DNA from: Eledone cirrhosa
Lineage: Eukaryota
Reading direction: 5' to 3'
Assembly (NCBI GenBank): GCA_964016885.1
Contig: OZ024749.1
Coordinates: 1,922,001 to 1,986,000 of the forward strand
Length of the DNA stretch: 64,000 nt
Within the stretch, counting starts at the first letter, position 1; the number at the start of each line of letters is the position of its first letter. The notes beneath the pieces were generated by a model. The model had not been told where the DNA came from. It was given only the letters and a program-made list of their open reading frames with translations, and ran no database searches. Positions 59,725-64,000 of this stretch are shown here, piece after piece. The position numbers were made by a program, and so were the translations under genes.

Positions 59725-60115
59725 TCGAGAATACAAGCGGCCGAAATGGGATTACTCCGCAGGGTCTTTGGAGTAACGTTACTCCATAAAGTGCGTAACT
59801 TGGAGATCAGAGAGCCACTCCAGGTAGAGCACTACTTCTCCAAATTGAGGGATCACAGTTCCGATACTATGGGCATGGGGTTAGAATGTTTCAGGAAAGA
59901 TGGAAAAAATCGCTGGACAGATTTTATGGGCAAAACCAACTGGCAGGAGACCCAGGGGTAGACCACGAGCAAGATGGTTGGATAATATCCATGAGTTTGG
60001 CTGGTCTCGCTTGGGAATCCATCCGGATCAGTTGGAGATGGTTGCTTCTAACCGGAGTCGCTAGAGGGAGTGTTTGAGGACTGAACCCCTCCCCCCTCTC
60101 AGAAATAAGTGGGCG
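59725..60115 (+). mobile_element. RTE-clade LINE 3' fragment
   Basis: RIQAAEMGLLRRVFGVTLLHKVRNLEIREPLQVE..RPRGRPRARWLDNI; same family as 20620-21165. Confidence 0.8.
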
Positions 60116-60444
60116 AAGAGGAAAAAGAAGATGAAGAATGTTGCGTAAAAAAACTCAACTTTAAATATATACTAGACGAAATAATATATTTCGTATCTAA
60201 ATGGAAGAAGTGGTGAAATTGGTAACGATATGCATTGCGGTAATTTAGGGCTTTTTCGGAGTTGAAAAAATACGGCACAACTTAAATACTGAATACTAAA
60301 ATATTTAATGTGCAGATTGAAATAAAACCTACACTGTATATCTGGCCTGGGTCTAATAGCAGCTATGCACAGACCTGAATACATCTGTGAATACATGTGA
60401 AATTATGAAGAGTTCGAACAGACGTAGAAATTTAACCAGATTTT

Positions 60445-61715
60445 AGTGTAGTTAATGTAGTTTAAGTGGTACAAGATTTAGTCAGTGTAGTTTAAGTGGT
60501 ACAAGATGTGTAGTTAGTGTAGTTTAAGTGGTACAAGATGTAGTCAGTGTAGTTTAAGTGGTACAAGATGTAGTTAGTGTAGTTTAAGTGGTACAAGATG
60601 TAGTAAATGTAGTTTAAGTGGTACAATATGTAGTTAATGTAGTTTAAGTGGTACACGATGTAGTTTGTGTAGTTTAAGTGGTACAAGATGTAGTTAATGT
60701 AGGTTAAGTGGTACAAGGTGTGTAGTTAGTGTAGTTTAAGTGGTACAAGATGTAGTTAATGTAGTTTAAGTGGTACACGAGGTAGTTTGTGTAGTTTAAG
60801 TGGTACAAGGTGTAGTTAATGTAGGTTAAGTGGTACAAGATGTATAGTCAGTGTAGTTTAGGTGGTACAAGATGTAGTTAATGTAGTTTAAGTGGTACAA
60901 GATGTAGTTAATGTAGGTTAAGTGGTACAATATGTATAGTTAGTGTAGTTTAGGTGGTACAAGATGTAGTTAATGTAGTTTAAGTGGTACAAGATGTAGC
61001 TAATGTAGTTTAAGTGGTACAAGATGTGTATTTAGTGTAGTTTAAGTGGTACAAGATGTGTAGTTAGTGTAGTTTAAGTGGTACAAGTTGTAGTAAAGGT
61101 AGTTTAAGTGGTACACGATGTAGTTAATGTAGTTTAAGTGGGACAAGATGTAGTTAGTGTAGTTTAAGTGGTACAAGATGTAGTTAGTGTAGTTTAAGTG
61201 GTACAAGATATAGTTAGTGTAGTTTAAGTGGTACAATATGTAGTTAGTGTAGTTTAAGTGGTACAAGATGTAGTTAGTGTAGTTTAAGTGGTACAAGATG
61301 TAGTTAATGTAGTTTAAGTGGTACAAGATGTAGTTAGTGTAGTTTAAGTGGTACAAGGTGTAGTTAATGTAGTTTAAGTGGTACAATATGTAGTTAGTGT
61401 AGTTTAAGTGGTACAAGATGTAGTTATTGTAGGTTAAGTGGTACAAGATGTGTATTTAGTGTAGTTGAACTGGTACAATATGTAGTTAATGTAGTTTAAG
61501 TGTTACAAGATGTGTAGTTACTGTAGTTTAAGTGGTACAAGGTGTAGTTAATGTAGTTTAAGTGGTACAAGATATAGTTAGTGTAGTTTAAGTGGTACAA
61601 GATGTAGTTAGTGTAGTTTAAGTGGTACAAGATGTAGTTAGTGTAGTTTAAGCGGTACAAGATATAGTTAATGTAGTTTAAGTGGTACAAGATGTAGTTA
61701 AGGTAGTTTAAGTTT
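60445..61715. repeat. Minisatellite, 30-bp unit gtagtttaagtggtacaagatgtagttagt
   Basis: About 40 tandem copies. Confidence 0.95.
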
Positions 61716-61898
61716 AAGTACTGTAATGGCTTCCAATTCTATTTCGACTAGGTGGAATATCCTCACTCTTTTCGCACGCACATGTGTGTGTATCTTTGTG
61801 CGTGTATATGTATGTGTGTCTATGTATCTACGTGCCTACCTATGTATCTGTGTATTGATCAATCAATCAATCCACCTAACTAATTATCTATCTATATA

Positions 61899-61935
<37 letters not shown>

Positions 61936-62752
61936 ATATGTATATATATATATATGTATATATATATATGTCTATATATATATGTATATATATATGACCG
62001 TATGTATATATGTATGTATATATATATATGTACGTATGTATATATGTATGTATGTATATATATATATATGTACTGGTAACATGTATCCCAGTACAACCTG
62101 TCTCATGGTCGGGTCGTTGGCGACTAAACTGGCAACCCCACCAAGGTTTCTTGGTGAGGAGGGTGGCTTTGGACATCCTGCAGGACTAAAAACAAAACCT
62201 GTCAAAGGGCAAAGGAGCTCTTAAGAGTCAATGGCCATCCAAAATCACTGGGAGAGATGACCCCTTAGCCTTTGTCAAGGCAGAATTCTAGGAGAAGGAA
62301 AACTCTGATATAACACCTGCAACTCTGATGGTATCCAATGATGTTGACTTGTTCTTCTTTTTGGTAAATATCTTGGTTAAGAGAGTGGGACTGGCTTTGT
62401 GCAGTGCCTTTGCTCACTATAAAAGCTTCACGGCACAGGCATTGCTTTATATCTGGAGATCTCTCTGCACTTGTCGTCACATGGTACCATGGGTCCAGCA
62501 CTATGTGTCAATAATTGTCACAAGTGTAGTGTTTGTACCAGAGTTTTCAAGTCGCTGGCTGGACTAAAAAGTCACACTCGTTCAGCGCATCGGTTGGGGT
62601 TCTCCTACATGGATATAAAGTAGTGGCCGTACTCGAAAACGAGTTGGCAGCCACCATGTATGTATATATGTATGTATGTATATATGTATGTATATATATA
62701 CATATATTTATATATAGGTATATATATATATATACATATATTTATATATATG

Positions 62753-62846
<94 letters not shown>

Positions 62847-62874
62847 TATGTGTATATGTGTGTATGTATGTATG

Positions 62875-63345
62875 TTCTTCTGGTTTTATAATTTCACAAA
62901 GTTTTCCCAATAGAGAGAGAGAGTCGGTTTCTAACATAGATACAAGACTCTCTCATTGGAATTTACACAACATCAACTAGGTAGATATGTATGAATGCAT
63001 GCATGTGTAGATATGGATGTTATTGTATGTGTGGATGTGTATGTTTCGAGTTGTATGTGTGCATATGTATATGTTTTGTATCTGTACATGTGTATATGCA
63101 GTTATTAGATGCAGAATTTTTGGAATGTTTTACATATGTTTACTGTACCATTAATGGATTGTACTTGTAGTTTCCTAACTAGTTGTGTTCTTTCTGTTCC
63201 TGTGAAGCCTAGCTTCTCAAGATTTGTATTGAGGCAGTTACTAACATATCCTAGTGCCCCAATAATCACAGGCATACATCTGAAGGTGTAAACAGGGTGG
63301 AGTATCTGCAGAATACTCATCAGTTCTGCATAAATATTCTCCTTA
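62875..63345 (-). mobile_element. Short 5'-truncated R4/Dong-like copy, same family as 841-2005, with complete 3' end
   Basis: KENIYAELMSILQILHPVYTFRCMPVIIGALGY..KTFQKFCI*, then a 3' UTR ending in gaagaa(CATA)n. Confidence 0.85.
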
Positions 63346-63363
63346 TGTATGTATGTATGTATG

Positions 63364-64000
63364 TTTTCTCTTTCTCTTAATTTCGAGTATATTTTTTTGA
63401 CCGGCCACCTTCCTGGTGGCAAGGTTGTAAAAGAAAAGAAATTGTCATCCCTTGAATCGCAAGAATGTTTTGCATATTTTGAAGGTGCCAGCTATCGCAG
63501 CCATTTGTAGACTATGAATTAGGGAGCTGCGCTTTTTGTCCGCAAATCCAAGTTCGGTCATACTTTGGTCCAAGCAGGTTGGTATATAACCCGTAGCACC
63601 AATAATGATGGGTATGAAGCTAAAGGTGTATCTTGGATACTGGATTTGTAAGCTCCTCATCAATGGTCCGTAGATGTCCTCCTTCTCCTGTATTTTTCTG
63701 ACAACGTTTACATCAAGTGGGCAGCTGATATCCACAACAGAACACGTTTTCAATGTGTGGTCCCAAACTACAATATCAGGCCGGTTGTGCTTTAATTTGG
63801 TGGCAGTTTTTATTTTCAGGTTCCACCAGTATTCCTTAGTGCCATCTGTCTCAATATATTCTTCCTCGTTTGTTGTTAATTTTGTTTTCCGAAGTGCGTT
63901 CCAGATAGTTCTAGCTATCCCATCGTGTCTCATGGGGAGGTAGTAGCGAGATGACATTCTTTCGCAGCTGGCAACAATGTGGCTTACATCCTCGATCTTT
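63364..64000 (-). mobile_element. R4/Dong-like retrotransposon 3' end, second family (RLE ORF 63445 to beyond 64000)
   Basis: HIVASCERMSSRYYLPMRHDGIARTIW..KHNRPDIVVWDHTLKTCSVVDISCPLDVNVVRKIQEK; open frame, short 3' UTR ending in (CATA)n. Confidence 0.87.

Noticed and set aside
60445-61715. Telomeric repeat
   Set aside because: G/T strand bias is present, but the unit is a 30-mer without TTAGGG or TTAGG runs.

Overview
Repeat-saturated, AT-rich eukaryotic DNA with no host protein-coding exon that I can support. Nearly all long ORFs in the track come from (TA)n/(TACA)n microsatellites. The repeat content suggests an invertebrate animal, probably an octopus (inference): CORE- and Nin-type tRNA SINEs, Penelope-like elements (PLEs), R4/Dong, RTE and L1/Tx1 LINE fragments, a decayed mariner, Helitron-like elements and a pogo-type MITE. 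The standout feature is an almost perfectly homogeneous 310-bp tandem array at 31147-34961, running into an N gap. Every complete unit carries a type I hammerhead ribozyme (12 copies seen) inside a highly self-complementary monomer, and the array has a PLE-style head-to-head inversion and sits in (TA)n. This is the architecture of a non-autonomous, circular-RNA-producing retrozyme. At least eight further hammerhead motifs of several families are scattered through the window, including two U3-A8 core variants in PLE tails. Other notable points are many fold-back inverted repeats, (CATA)n-associated R4/Dong elements, and a minisatellite that arose inside a SINE promoter. All folds were derived by eye; no software or database was run.
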